Positions 1-10,254 of a stretch of DNA of 64,000 bases are shown piece after piece; the stretch's first letter is position 1; each line of letters begins with the position of its first letter. Source of the DNA: an uncultured Neomegalonema sp. (GTDB lineage Bacteria > Pseudomonadota > Alphaproteobacteria > Rhodobacterales > Rhodobacteraceae). The notes beneath the pieces were generated by a model. It did not search any database and had not been told where the DNA came from. It saw only the letters and a list, made by a program, of their open reading frames with translations. The stretch spans positions 12,758 to 76,757 of the forward strand of contig CALFFK010000088.1 in NCBI GenBank assembly GCA_937957975.1, written 5' to 3'. Made by a program: the position numbers and the translations under genes.

Positions 1-1398
1 GGGGATATGCAGCTCCTCTTCGCGGTCCTCTATATCGGTTTTGCGATCATCATTGTTTCAGTGGCGATCTGGCTGGGGATATGGGTTGCAGACCGTCTTG
101 CGCGACCCATTGGTCGATTGGCCGGGGCTGCCGACCGGGTGGCGAGGGGCGACCTGAATGCCCGTGTCCATGAAGAACCTGGCGACGACGAGATCGCTAC
201 GCTGTCACGGGCATTCAACCGGATGACGGGTCAGGTACAGTTGCAACGGGATGCCCTGCTCGATGCAAATGATGAATTGGATCACCGGCGTCGCTTCACC
301 GAGGCGGTGATTTCAGGTGTCACAGCGGGGGTCATTGGTCTTGACGCCGAAGGGCGCGTCGATTTGATGAATAAGTCGGTTTCGCGGATCATCGGACCAG
401 TGGAAGACATTCAGAAAATCGCAGATTTTGAACCACTCTTGCCGGGCATCGACAATCTGGTTAATCGGGCAAAGGCTTCCCCACATGGTGTATCCGAGGG
501 GCGTGTGATCCACCTTTCGGAAGAGGAAGGGCGCGAATATCTCGTTCGTGTCACTTGTCAGCGCGGTGATGCGGGGGTCGAGGGTTACGTCCTGACGCTC
601 GACGACATGACTGCCCTCGTGTCGGCACAGCGTTTGGCAGCATGGGGTGATGTGGCGCAGCGGGTCGCCCATGAAATTCGCAACCCGTTGACCCCTATCC
701 AGCTTTCCGCCGAACGCCTGCGGCGCAAGTTTGGCGTGCAGGTTGAGGATAATCGTCCGATTTTCGATCAATGCGTCGATACCATCGTTCGACAGGTCGA
801 TCAGATCAGGCGCATGGTTGAGGAGTTTTCAAACTTTGCGCGTATGCCAAAACCGGATTTCTCGGAAACAGCCTTCGATCCGCTATTCGGTGAGATTCTT
901 GCACTCCATAGTGCTGAGTACCCTGAAATTACCTTCGAGCAGATGCCGGAAAAGACCGATATTGTCCTCAATTGCGATCGGGGATTGATGTCGCAGGTTT
1001 TCACGAATCTGGTTCGGAATGCAGCCCAGTCGCTCCAATCCTTTACTGAAGAAGAAGAAAATGCAGAGCCTGGTCGTATCGTCATCCGTTCAACCGTCGA
1101 AGATGACGAGCTGGTAATAGACGTGATCGATAACGGCCCTGGTTTTCCGCGTCGGGAACGGGATAAATTGACAGAACCCTACGTCACAACCCGCAAGGGA
1201 GGTACAGGACTTGGGTTGGCCATTGTCCGTCGTATTGTTGAGGAACATAACGGCAGTGTGATCCTGAAGGATGCGGAAGACGCCGCAAGCGGCGCACAGG
1301 TTAGAATTCGTTTACCATACGGGGCGAGGGTGTCAGCCGACACAAGGCTCACAAAACATGCGGACGCAGGCACCAGGATGCGCGCCGTTTCCGTTTAA
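1..1398 (+). CDS. ntrY: Sensor histidine kinase NtrY, C-terminal ~460 aa (5' end cut by window edge)
   Basis: ORF 7..1398 is open to the window edge. It shows a TM helix plus HAMP-like segment, an H-box 'HEIRNPLTPIQLSAERL', and HATPase boxes 'NLVRNAAQS', 'DNGPGF' and 'GTGLGLAIV'. ntrX follows directly, as in alphaproteobacterial ntrYX. Confidence 0.85.
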   Translation, partial: GDMQLLFAVLYIGFAIIIVSVAIWLGIWVADRLARPIGRLAGAADRVARGDLNARVHEEPGDDEIATLSRAFNRMTGQVQLQRDALLDANDELDHRRRFTEAVISGVTAGVIGLDAEGRVDLMNKSVSRIIGPVEDIQKIADFEPLLPGIDNLVNRAKASPHGVSEGRVIHLSEEEGREYLVRVTCQRGDAGVEGYVLTLDDMTALVSAQRLAAWGDVAQRVAHEIRNPLTPIQLSAERLRRKFGVQVEDNRPIFDQCVDTIVRQVDQIRRMVEEFSNFARMPKPDFSETAFDPLFGEILALHSAEYPEITFEQMPEKTDIVLNCDRGLMSQVFTNLVRNAAQSLQSFTEEEENAEPGRIVIRSTVEDDELVIDVIDNGPGFPRRERDKLTEPYVTTRKGGTGLGLAIVRRIVEEHNGSVILKDAEDAASGAQVRIRLPYGARVSADTRLTKHADAGTRMRAVSV

Positions 1399-1407
1399 TA
1401 AACAACT

Positions 1408-1440
1408 AAAAAAGAAACGAAAAAAGAAACGAAAAAAGGG
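1408..1440 (+). repeat. A-rich 12-nt tandem repeat (AAAAAAGAAACG x2 plus a partial third copy) running into the ntrX Shine-Dalgarno
   Basis: Direct reading gives aaaaaagaaacg at 1408-1419 and again at 1420-1431, then aaaaaaggg at 1432-1440. The ATG of ntrX is at 1452. Confidence 0.8.
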
Positions 1441-1451
1441 GGTTAAACACC

Positions 1452-2870
1452 ATGGCAGATATTCTCGTTGTTGATGACGAAGCCGATATTCGCGACTTGA
1501 TCGCAGAAATCCTGGAGGATGAAGGGCACGAAGCGCGCCGCGCTGCTTGTGCGGAAAGTGCCTTCAGTGAAATCAACACCCGCCACCCTGATCTCATCAT
1601 CCTAGATATCTGGTTGCAGGGCAGCCGGAAGGATGGGATCGAAGTGTTGAAGACGGTGAAACGGGATAATCCTGAAATCCCTATCGTCATCATCAGCGGG
1701 CATGGCAATGTTGAGCTTGCTGTCGCCGCGATGCAGCAAGGCGCTTATGATTTTATCGAAAAGCCCTTTAAAACCGATGTTCTGATCCTCACCGCTAACC
1801 GTGCCATCGAAACCTCGCGACTTCGCCGGGAGAACTCGGTTTTGAAACGTCAGGATGAACGCGCCGCCGATCTTATTGGGGAAGCGGCATCGATGGTAAA
1901 CCTCCGCTCGACCCTTCAACGGGTTGCGCCGACGGGTAGCCGTGTTCTGATCACCGGGCCGTCCGGGGCCGGAAAAGAAGTAGCCGCCCGTTTTCTCCAC
2001 GCTCATTCCAAGCGGGCCGATGCGCCTTTCGTCGTTGTCAGTGCGGCGACAATGGAACCGGAGCATCTGGAAGAAAAGCTGTTTGGACGCCAGAAGGATG
2101 GTGGCCTTGCACAACCCGGTTTGCTTGAGGCGGCGCATGGTGGAACGCTGTTCTTTGACGAGGTCGCGGATATGCCGCGCGAAACGCAACCAAAGATCCT
2201 GCGGGTTCTTGTAGACCAATCCTTCATCCGCGCGGGTGGCTCGGATGAGGTGCGCGTGGATGTGCGGATCGTCAGTTCGTCAAGCCGGGATTTGACTGAG
2301 GAGATTGCAAAAGGCGATTTCCGCGAGGATTTGTACCACCGTCTCAACGTCGTTCCGGTGGATGTGCCTGCGCTGAGTACGCGACGTGAAGATATACCAA
2401 TGTTGGTAGAACATCTGATTGAACGTCTGAATCGTGAACAGGGTCTTGCACGCTGTGATTTTGCGCAGGATGCAATGGCCGTTCTGCAAGCCTACGAATG
2501 GCCTGGAAACGTGCGACAGCTCCGCAATATCATCGAACGCATGATGATCCTCGGCAACCGTCTGGAACAGGAAATCGGTGCTGATGATCTGCCACAGGAA
2601 GTGATGGCCGCGAATCCCGGAACAGTCGTTTCCGAAAGTGGTGACAGCTTCGTTTCCATGCCATTGCGCGAGGCGCGCGAAGCCTTCGAGCGCGACTATC
2701 TTATCGCACAGATCAATCGCTTCGGTGGCAATGTCTCGCGAACGGCATCCTTTATTGGCATGGAGCGGTCGGCACTGCATCGTAAACTCAAGGCACTGGG
2801 TGTTACCACATCCAACCGTGGTGGGGCGCGGCTGGCAGCGGCGGATAATGTCGTACGGCTTTCGAGTTAG
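1452..2870 (+). CDS. ntrX: Sigma-54-family response regulator NtrX (receiver + AAA+ + C-terminal HTH)
   Basis: Receiver domain 'ILVVDDEADIR...PDLIILDIWL', AAA+ Walker A 'GPSGAGKE', 'GTLFFDEV', and a C-terminal Fis-type HTH. Its position after ntrY supports the call. Confidence 0.9.
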   Translation: MADILVVDDEADIRDLIAEILEDEGHEARRAACAESAFSEINTRHPDLIILDIWLQGSRKDGIEVLKTVKRDNPEIPIVIISGHGNVELAVAAMQQGAYDFIEKPFKTDVLILTANRAIETSRLRRENSVLKRQDERAADLIGEAASMVNLRSTLQRVAPTGSRVLITGPSGAGKEVAARFLHAHSKRADAPFVVVSAATMEPEHLEEKLFGRQKDGGLAQPGLLEAAHGGTLFFDEVADMPRETQPKILRVLVDQSFIRAGGSDEVRVDVRIVSSSSRDLTEEIAKGDFREDLYHRLNVVPVDVPALSTRREDIPMLVEHLIERLNREQGLARCDFAQDAMAVLQAYEWPGNVRQLRNIIERMMILGNRLEQEIGADDLPQEVMAANPGTVVSESGDSFVSMPLREAREAFERDYLIAQINRFGGNVSRTASFIGMERSALHRKLKALGVTTSNRGGARLAAADNVVRLSS

Positions 2871-2876
2871 CATCCA

Positions 2877-4253
2877 GTGAAAGTTATCGTTTGCGGGGCC
2901 GGACAGGTCGGCTTCAATATCGCGCGCCAACTTGCGACCGAGAATAACGACGTGGTTATCGTGGATCAGTCGGAAGCTCTGGTGCGCAAGGTGACGGACT
3001 TGCTCGATGTGGCGGGTGTCACAGGGTATGCATCGCGCCCGGATGTGCTTGGCGAAGCCGGGGCGCGCGATGCGGATATGCTGATTGCAGTTACGTATTC
3101 TGACGAAGTGAACATGGTGGCCTGTCAGGTCGCCCATACAGTGTTCTCGATCCCACGAAAGATCGCGCGTATTCGCGCGCAAGCATATCTGGAGCCGCAA
3201 TGGAGCGATATGTTCCAGCGGAACCATATGCCTATCGATGTCATCATCTCACCGGAGGTGGAAGTCGCACGCTCGGTTCTTCGCCGTCTCAGTGCGCCGG
3301 GGGCATTTGAATCGACGCCGTTTCTCGATGGCAAGGTGCGGATGGTTGGCACGCGCCTGACGAGCGAATGTCCCCTTCTGCATACCCCCTTGCGTCAATT
3401 GACGGCGTTGTTCCCTGACGTTGCAGCGAAGGTTGTCGCGTTTGAGCGCAATGGAAAACTTTATACACCCAGTGGAGACGATCAGCTCCTCGAAGACGAC
3501 AACGTTTTTATTATAGCCCGCGAGGATCATGTGGGTCGTACCATGCACCTTTTTGGGCATGAGGAGGAAGTCGCGCGCCGTATCATCATCGCCGGTGGCG
3601 GTAATGTGGGTTTGAATGTCGCCCTCGCTCTCGAAAAGCAGGAACGCCGTATCAAGGCAAAATTGATCGAGCGGGACCGTGAGCGCGCGGAATACGTTGC
3701 CGAGCGTCTTGACCGGACGATTGTGTTGAATGGCGATGTACTTGATGCTGCCCTTCTGGCCGAAGTGAATGTGGCCGAAGCAGAAATGATTATTGCGCTA
3801 ACGGATGACGACAAGGCAAACCTTCTTGCGGGTGTCCTGGCTAAGGAAGAAGGCGCGGCGAGTGCCATGGCGCTCATCAATAACCAAAACCTTATGCGTC
3901 TTGTGGCACCACTCGGTCTTGATGCTTTCATTAACCCGCGCGCAACGACAGTATCCTCCATCCTGCGCCATGTGCGCCGGGGGCGAATCCGTGCGCTTCA
4001 CAGCGTCCGTGACGGTGCGGCAGAGGTGATCGAGGCGCAGGTGTTGGCCACGTCACCGCTTACAGGATCACCACTTGGCTCGGTGAACCTGCCACCGGGG
4101 GTGATGGTCGGTGCGGTTTTGTCGAACGGGGAGGTCCGGGTTCCTGATGGTCGCGACATTCTGCGCGATGGCGATAATGTTGTGATCTTCGCCCTGAAGA
4201 GCGCGGTGCAGGAGGTTGAAAAGCTGTTCCGCGTGTCGGTGGATTATTTTTAG
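2877..4253 (+). CDS. trkA: Trk potassium uptake system NAD-binding subunit TrkA
   Basis: GTG start. Two Rossmann motifs are present ('VCGAGQVG' and 'IAGGGNVG'), the length is 458 aa, and a TrkH-like gene is adjacent. Confidence 0.9.
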   Translation: MKVIVCGAGQVGFNIARQLATENNDVVIVDQSEALVRKVTDLLDVAGVTGYASRPDVLGEAGARDADMLIAVTYSDEVNMVACQVAHTVFSIPRKIARIRAQAYLEPQWSDMFQRNHMPIDVIISPEVEVARSVLRRLSAPGAFESTPFLDGKVRMVGTRLTSECPLLHTPLRQLTALFPDVAAKVVAFERNGKLYTPSGDDQLLEDDNVFIIAREDHVGRTMHLFGHEEEVARRIIIAGGGNVGLNVALALEKQERRIKAKLIERDRERAEYVAERLDRTIVLNGDVLDAALLAEVNVAEAEMIIALTDDDKANLLAGVLAKEEGAASAMALINNQNLMRLVAPLGLDAFINPRATTVSSILRHVRRGRIRALHSVRDGAAEVIEAQVLATSPLTGSPLGSVNLPPGVMVGAVLSNGEVRVPDGRDILRDGDNVVIFALKSAVQEVEKLFRVSVDYF

Positions 4254-5822
4254 ATGAGCCGGGGTGTTGTCGATGTCTGGCGTCCGCTCGCGCGTAAAGG
4301 CGCGGGGGCGGAGCAGTTGCTGGGCATAGCTCTCTTTGCTTTTTCCATCGGATTTGCCCTCATGGCGATCCATGCGCTTGCCATCGGAGACAGGGTGACG
4401 AGCGGCGTATTCGCGCTCTGTACGGTCATGTCGTTCATCTTCGGCTCGGCACTTCGCATGATCCTGTTGCGGCATCCTATTCGGGCCGCAAGGTCAGGTT
4501 TGCTTGCTCTTGTTATTTTCTACACGGCCGGGCCGCTCATCGTGGCGATTCCGGTTGCGGAATTGGTTCCCGGTTTTGGGATCGTCGATGCTTATTTTGA
4601 GATGTGCTCGGCACTGTCTACTACTGGTGCATCGAATATCCGCGATATTGAGGGGGTGCCGAACACTGTCATCCTTTGGCGCTCGGTCTGTGCTGGATTC
4701 GGTGGATTTGTCAGTCTGGTTGCTGCCTTGGCGATCTTCGCGCCGCTTTCCATTGGCGGCTTTGAGGTGCGACACATTCTGGACCGTCCGCAAGAGCCAG
4801 TATCGCATGCCCGAATGTCGCTTGATGCCGTGATAGATCGCCGCGAGCCTGTAGAAAGGGCTATCTGGGCTGCGCGGATACTCGCGCCTCCTTACATCGG
4901 TATGATTGTGTTATGTATGCTTGGCCTTGCGGCGGCAGGTGCGCCAGCGTTCGAAGCCCTGTGTTACGCTTTCGGTGCAGTTTCGACGACTGGATTTACG
5001 GTCAATCCGGGTGGTATTGCTGCGTATGGATCGCGGAGTGTCGAGTTGGTCCTGCTGTTTGTCATTGTTCCCGCCGCCATCGGTATTGCCGTTCATTTGC
5101 AAGCCCTGCGCGGTCGTGTTCGAGGGTATTTGGAAGACCCTGAATGTCGCTACATGGTAATTGCGGTCGCGGTCATCGTCACAATTTTGTTCCTTCGCCA
5201 CTGGATCGGGGCCATCGAGACGCGTTCGACCGATGAATGGCAGGCCGGGCTACGTGCCTTATGGGGAACGCTGTTTATGGCGTTTTCCTACATCACGACC
5301 GCCGGATTTGAATCGGCGGACTGGGAAGGGGCGACAACCTGGAGCGCCCTGAAAACACCGGGTATCGCATTGGTCGGATTGGCAATTGTCGGAGGGGGCG
5401 CCGCATCAACTGCGGGGGGTGTAAAGCTGATCCGTGCGGCTTTACTCGGCAAGCACGCCCTGAACGAATTGGCCCGACTCACCCGCCCTACAGAAGTGCG
5501 CCCCATTCGCAGTGGCTCGAACCGTGTAACGTCGGGTGCGATGCGGATCGTATTCGTCTTCGTAATGCTCTACGTGTTTTCAGTCGTCCTCAGCGCGCTG
5601 GCTTTGACGGCAACGGGAATGGGCATGATTGATGCGGTTATGGCTTCGATCAGCGTGCTGAGTAATACCGGGCCTTTGCTGCCCCTGATTACTGATGACC
5701 CTGATGCGTGGATTGGATTGGCGGATGCTGGCAAGGTCGTTTTGTGCATTGGAATGATCGTCGGAAGGATGGAAACGCTTGCGGTGGTCGCGTTATTAAG
5801 CCCTTGGGCGTGGCGTAAATAA
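4254..5822 (+). CDS. trkH: TrkH-family potassium transporter membrane subunit
   Basis: The ATG directly abuts the trkA stop (TAGATG). It is polytopic with repeated 'S..STTG/TTAG' selectivity-filter-like motifs ('CSALSTTGAS', 'GAVSTTGF', 'SYITTAGF', 'SVLSNTGP'). Confidence 0.8.
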   Translation: MSRGVVDVWRPLARKGAGAEQLLGIALFAFSIGFALMAIHALAIGDRVTSGVFALCTVMSFIFGSALRMILLRHPIRAARSGLLALVIFYTAGPLIVAIPVAELVPGFGIVDAYFEMCSALSTTGASNIRDIEGVPNTVILWRSVCAGFGGFVSLVAALAIFAPLSIGGFEVRHILDRPQEPVSHARMSLDAVIDRREPVERAIWAARILAPPYIGMIVLCMLGLAAAGAPAFEALCYAFGAVSTTGFTVNPGGIAAYGSRSVELVLLFVIVPAAIGIAVHLQALRGRVRGYLEDPECRYMVIAVAVIVTILFLRHWIGAIETRSTDEWQAGLRALWGTLFMAFSYITTAGFESADWEGATTWSALKTPGIALVGLAIVGGGAASTAGGVKLIRAALLGKHALNELARLTRPTEVRPIRSGSNRVTSGAMRIVFVFVMLYVFSVVLSALALTATGMGMIDAVMASISVLSNTGPLLPLITDDPDAWIGLADAGKVVLCIGMIVGRMETLAVVALLSPWAWRK

Positions 5823-5966
5823 TCTGAGATTTGTATTTCGTGTCGAATCTCGCAGGGGTTGTTGTTACAGGGGGTTGCCGGGTGGAAGTGATCGTGTAGT
5901 GTCCTGCCAACTGGAACGGGTGCACCGTTTCGGGATTTGTAGCTATAAAAATAGAAGGGGCATCGA

Positions 5967-6212
5967 ATGGCCTCCGACCGCCAGAACCTCCAGGATACTT
6001 TCCTCAACCACGTCCGCAAGAACAAGGTCTCTGTGACGATTTTCCTCGTCAACGGCGTCAAGTTGCAAGGCGTCATAACCTGGTTCGACAATTTCTGCGT
6101 CTTGCTACGTCGCGATGGGCAATCCCAGCTTGTCTACAAGCACGCGATTTCGACCGTGATGCCAGCGCAGCCTATCGCGCTTTACGAACCTGAAGAAGCA
6201 CCAGCCACTTGA
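5967..6212 (+). CDS. hfq: RNA chaperone Hfq
   Basis: Sm1/Sm2 motifs '[25 protein letters not shown]...[10 protein letters not shown]'. There is an SD (gaagggg) upstream and the protein is 81 aa. Confidence 0.97.
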   Translation: MASDRQNLQDTFLNHVRKNKVSVTIFLVNGVKLQGVITWFDNFCVLLRRDGQSQLVYKHAISTVMPAQPIALYEPEEAPAT

Positions 6213-7513
6213 ACACGGAAGAGGCTGCGACCCGCGCTTTCGTCATCCATCCGGTCATGCCCGACTGGAAACAGGCGAGTCGCTTACCCGAAAATCGTCT
6301 CGAAGAGGCGGTGGGTTTGGCGGAGGCGCTTAATCTGAATATTGTGGTGTCATCCCCTGTACTGGTGAAGACGCCGCGTCCGGCTACATTGTTCGGGACC
6401 GGAAAGCTTGAAGAGCTAAAGGGCACTGTCGCTGAAAACGACGTTGAACTTGTCATCATCGACGGCACGTTGACCCCGGTGCAACAACGCAACCTTGAAA
6501 CGGCGCTGAAGGCAAAGGTGCTTGATCGCACTGGCCTCATTCTCGAAATCTTCGGTGAGCGAGCCGGGACGGCGGAGGGCGTGCTTCAGGTTGAACACGC
6601 GCATCTCAGTTATCAGAAAAGTCGTCTCGTTCGAAGCTGGACCCACCTTGAACGCCAACGCGGTGGACTCGGTTTCGTGGGTGGCCCCGGCGAAACGCAG
6701 ATCGAAGCGGACCGCCGCATGATTGACGAACGGCTTGTGAGAATCGAACGCAAACTCGAAAAAGTCGTCAGGACGCGCACGCTGCATCGTAAAAAGCGCA
6801 AAAAAGCCCCGCTCCCGGTCGTCGCCCTTGTCGGCTATACCAATGCCGGGAAGTCTACGCTGTTCAATCGCATTACCGGCGGGAAGGTGCTCGCGAAAGA
6901 CATGCTGTTCGCGACCCTTGATCCGACAATGCGGTCGGTCGAATTGCCAAATGGTCGCGAAGCAATTTTCTCGGATACTGTTGGTTTTATCTCCGACTTG
7001 CCAACACAATTGATCGCGGCGTTCCGGGCAACGCTTGAAGAGGTGCTGGAAGCCGATTTGATCCTGCATGTTCGTGACATATCAAGCGATGAAACGGCGG
7101 CGCAGGCGCAGGATGTTGTTTCTGTGCTTCGCGATCTTGGGGTCGAGGAAGCAACGCTGAATGGGGCTATTGAAGTCTATAACAAGACAGACATGCTGGA
7201 TGCAGAAGCGCGTCAGGCATGGGAAAACGAAGCCGCGCGGCGTGATGGGGCGATCTGTGTTTCTGCACTATCTGGGCAAGGGGTTGATGCTCTGCTGGCG
7301 CTTGTCGCCGGAACGCTGGCGGCGGCGGAGACAGTGGTTCGTATTGATTTACCCGCCAGTGACGGGGCTGCGCTCGCATGGCTCTATGAAGCCGCCGATG
7401 TGCGTGATGTGACGGGGGAAGATGCGACAATGTCGCTGACCGTCTCGATTTCCGATGCTGATGCACAACGGTTCGTGAAGCGGTTCGGTTACGCGCTCTC
7501 TGAATCGGATTGA
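6209..7513 (+). CDS. hflX: GTPase HflX
   Basis: The TTG start overlaps the hfq stop. It has G1 '[12 protein letters not shown]', G3 'DTVGF' and G4 'NKTD', and sits in hfq-hflX synteny. Confidence 0.92.
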   Translation: MNTEEAATRAFVIHPVMPDWKQASRLPENRLEEAVGLAEALNLNIVVSSPVLVKTPRPATLFGTGKLEELKGTVAENDVELVIIDGTLTPVQQRNLETALKAKVLDRTGLILEIFGERAGTAEGVLQVEHAHLSYQKSRLVRSWTHLERQRGGLGFVGGPGETQIEADRRMIDERLVRIERKLEKVVRTRTLHRKKRKKAPLPVVALVGYTNAGKSTLFNRITGGKVLAKDMLFATLDPTMRSVELPNGREAIFSDTVGFISDLPTQLIAAFRATLEEVLEADLILHVRDISSDETAAQAQDVVSVLRDLGVEEATLNGAIEVYNKTDMLDAEARQAWENEAARRDGAICVSALSGQGVDALLALVAGTLAAAETVVRIDLPASDGAALAWLYEAADVRDVTGEDATMSLTVSISDADAQRFVKRFGYALSESD

Positions 7514-8427
7514 GCAATTGTTGCGATAATGTCTTCGACAGGCGCATTCATTGCGATGAGAGGCCAATCCGACATCTGGTTTCTGAGCCATGTACGTTGG
7601 CGTTTTGCGTAACGGCGTGTGTCGGTCTTCGCCTGTGTCACGGCCTGTTCAAGCGTAAGGTCGCCGCGCAAATGGGCCATGAGCGGTGGCGCTCCCACCG
7701 CTTTCATCGCAGGAATGGACGGGTCGAGATGACGATTTGCCATCGCCGTAACTTCATCCATCACACCTGCCTCAATCATCTGCTCAAAGCGCCCTTCGAT
7801 CCGTGCATTCAGTAGATCACGATCCGCGTTTATGGCGAGTCGTATCGTTTGTTCCGTTGCGAGAAGGGGCGGGGGTGTTTCCTGTGCCCAATCGGTGAGG
7901 GAGCGCCCGGTTCCCTCCATTACTTCCCACGCGCGGATCATTCGGCGTGGATTGACAATATCGAGCTTTGCCGCCGTCGGATCGTAAGCCAGCAGATCAC
8001 GCCGAAAGGCTTCTGCCCCATGTTCTGCGAGTCTCGCCTCGGCGGCATCGCGAATCGTCGCGGGAATAGCCGGAATATTCGACAGTCCGCGCGTTAATGC
8101 CGTGAAATACAAACCGGTTCCGCCGACAATTACAGGCACGGCACCCGCATTCCGTGCTTCGGCAAGAATGGATGTGACATCCTTCAACCAGCTACCGACA
8201 GAATAGCGTAAACTTGGATCAACTATGCCGTACAGCCGGTGTGGTACTTTGGCTTCATCGGCGGGTTCAGGGCGTGCAGTCAGCGTATGCCAGCCCGAAT
8301 AGACCTGCATCGAATCCGCATTGATGACCCAACCGTTCAGCTGTGCCGCAATCGATACCGCCAACGCAGATTTTCCCGAAGCGGTCGGGCCTGCAATCAG
8401 GATAGGGCGGGAGGAAAGATGAACCAT
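7489..8427 (-). CDS. miaA: tRNA dimethylallyltransferase MiaA
   Basis: P-loop 'IAGPTASGKSALA' and 'VGGTGLYF'. I chose the start at the internal Met ('MVHLSSRPILIAG'); the ORF extends to 8487. The 3' end overlaps hflX by 25 nt, convergently. Confidence 0.88.
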   Translation of the reverse strand: MVHLSSRPILIAGPTASGKSALAVSIAAQLNGWVINADSMQVYSGWHTLTARPEPADEAKVPHRLYGIVDPSLRYSVGSWLKDVTSILAEARNAGAVPVIVGGTGLYFTALTRGLSNIPAIPATIRDAAEARLAEHGAEAFRRDLLAYDPTAAKLDIVNPRRMIRAWEVMEGTGRSLTDWAQETPPPLLATEQTIRLAINADRDLLNARIEGRFEQMIEAGVMDEVTAMANRHLDPSIPAMKAVGAPPLMAHLRGDLTLEQAVTQAKTDTRRYAKRQRTWLRNQMSDWPLIAMNAPVEDIIATIAQSDSESA

Positions 8428-8851
8428 CCACTCTTGATAGACCGATCCGATGCCGCTGCAAACCTCAACAGAGGCGTCCCCATCCAATGCTTTCGGTTGT
8501 CGTGTTGCAAATCTTTTGCATTTGCCAATGTTTCATAATGGGCGCATCGTGATAATGCAGCATTCCAGAAAGTTGGTATACCGCTAGTAATACAAGGATT
8601 CCGCAAACCTTTTCCATTGTATTTGACACCAATTATTTCAAATGAACACCAAAACCAAACCTGGTTTCATACGGTGCTATAGTAATGCTAAATTATTGAA
8701 AAAGCCTGAATTGATGACCTGGGAGCGTTCGGTGCGGTTGTGGTCATGGTGAGGATGAAGTTCAGTTGACGGTTAATCCTGTCGCGCATTGACCGAAGCC
8801 TGTTTGCACAATGATTGCGCTGGATGCCTGTGCCGGGCTATAGCCGCAACT

Positions 8852-9232
8852 ATGACAGTTCTATTCGTTGCGCTCGGCGGCGCTCTCGGAGCCGCACTCC
8901 GCTATTTTTCCGTATCCTGGGCCACACGGACGCTTGGTCCGGCGTTTCCGTACGGCACTTTGGCTGTGAATGTCGTCGGGTCACTGGTTATGGGGATCGT
9001 CGCTGCATATTTCTTCACGCGGGGGCAGGAGACGCCATCCCCATTGTCGATTTTCACCATGACCGGAGTGCTGGGTGGTTTCACGACTTTCTCTGCTTTT
9101 TCTCTTGATACGCTGATATTGATTGAGCAAGGCAGGGCACTTAGCGCTGCCACGTATATTGCCCTATCTGTCGGCCTCTCCATCGGGGCGCTGTTTGTTG
9201 GAATGACTCTCGTTCGCTCGGTGTTGTCATGA
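8852..9232 (+). CDS. crcB: Fluoride ion channel CrcB/FluC
   Basis: Motifs 'GGALGAALRY', 'GTLAVNVVGS' and 'GGFTTFSAFS'. Starting at ATG 8852 gives ~126 aa, the typical size. The ORF-track TTG at 8789 is less likely. Confidence 0.85.
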   Translation: MTVLFVALGGALGAALRYFSVSWATRTLGPAFPYGTLAVNVVGSLVMGIVAAYFFTRGQETPSPLSIFTMTGVLGGFTTFSAFSLDTLILIEQGRALSAATYIALSVGLSIGALFVGMTLVRSVLS

Positions 9233-10254
9233 GGGGCGATATGGTCGCCATCGAATCTGGCGATGATGGGCGACGGCTGGATCGCTGGCTGCGCGAGCGG
9301 TACCCACAACTCAATCAGGGGCGAATTGAAAAGCTGCTGCGCAAGGGCGATATTCGGGTCGATGGCGGCAAGGTAAAATCAAACTTTCGCCTCTCTGAAT
9401 GGATGACTGTCACGATTCCGCCCCTTTCGGATAACCCGACAGCCCCTACACGCGGCGGCAAGCCAACGATCCCGGAGGCAGATGCGCGGTTGATCCGCAA
9501 TATGGTGCTATTCGAGGACGAACACGTCATCGTATTGAACAAACCGGCGGGCATTCCGGTACAGGGCGGCACAGGCCAGAGCCATCGGCATATTGACGGC
9601 CTGTTGCCTGCGTTGGCTGACGGAGGTGACAGGCCAAAACTCGTTCATCGGATCGATAAGGATACATCCGGTCTTCTCGTCCTCGCCCGAACGGGTTTGG
9701 CGGCGCGGAATTTGACGGCTGCATTCCGGTCCAAGGCAGCCCGTAAAATATACTGGGCGGCTGTGATCGGCATTCCCAAGCCGGGCAATGGCACGATCAA
9801 GGCTGCACTGGCGAAGATGCCCGGTTCACATGGTGAGAAGATGACGGTAATCGACCGCGCTGATTTGCCAAACCAACCCGACGCCAAGCGTGCTGTAACT
9901 GATTATGCGACCATGGATACCGCTGCACAGCTTGCGTCGTGGCTGACCCTGCGCCCGGTAACGGGGCGTACGCATCAGCTTCGCGTGCATTGTTCGACTA
10001 TGGGGCATCCCATTGTAGGCGACGGAAAATACGGCCCCACTGCTGAAGAAGCTGAACGCCGCCTGACTGGCGCAGTCAGCCGAAAAATGCACCTGCACGC
10101 GCGGCACATCGTCATTCCACACCCTGAAAAGGGCCACCCTCCCATCGATCTGCGTGCGCCTTTGCCGGAGCATATGGCCCATAGCTGGGACTTGTTTGGC
10201 TGGGACAAGAAGCGCACGGATGACGAAGAGTTTCTGCCGAATTGGACCGAATGA
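9229..10254 (+). CDS. RluA/RluC-family 23S rRNA pseudouridine synthase (S4 domain + catalytic domain)
   Basis: Catalytic motif 'HRIDKDTSGLLVLAR' and 'GRTHQLRVH'. There is an ATGA overlap with the crcB stop. Confidence 0.85.
   Translation: MRGDMVAIESGDDGRRLDRWLRERYPQLNQGRIEKLLRKGDIRVDGGKVKSNFRLSEWMTVTIPPLSDNPTAPTRGGKPTIPEADARLIRNMVLFEDEHVIVLNKPAGIPVQGGTGQSHRHIDGLLPALADGGDRPKLVHRIDKDTSGLLVLARTGLAARNLTAAFRSKAARKIYWAAVIGIPKPGNGTIKAALAKMPGSHGEKMTVIDRADLPNQPDAKRAVTDYATMDTAAQLASWLTLRPVTGRTHQLRVHCSTMGHPIVGDGKYGPTAEEAERRLTGAVSRKMHLHARHIVIPHPEKGHPPIDLRAPLPEHMAHSWDLFGWDKKRTDDEEFLPNWTE

Noticed and set aside
8790-8865. A fluoride (crcB-motif) riboswitch in the crcB leader. 'GGAUGCCUGUGCC...CUAUGACAG' loosely resembles the 'GAUGG...CUAAUGA..CC' core with a 4-bp pseudoknot (CUGU/ACAG).
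   Set aside because: No proper P1 stem is present and the conserved A-rich linker and 'AAC(C/G)CC' segment are missing. The would-be 3' pseudoknot strand would also contain the start codon itself. This is best treated as chance similarity unless a covariance-model search says otherwise.
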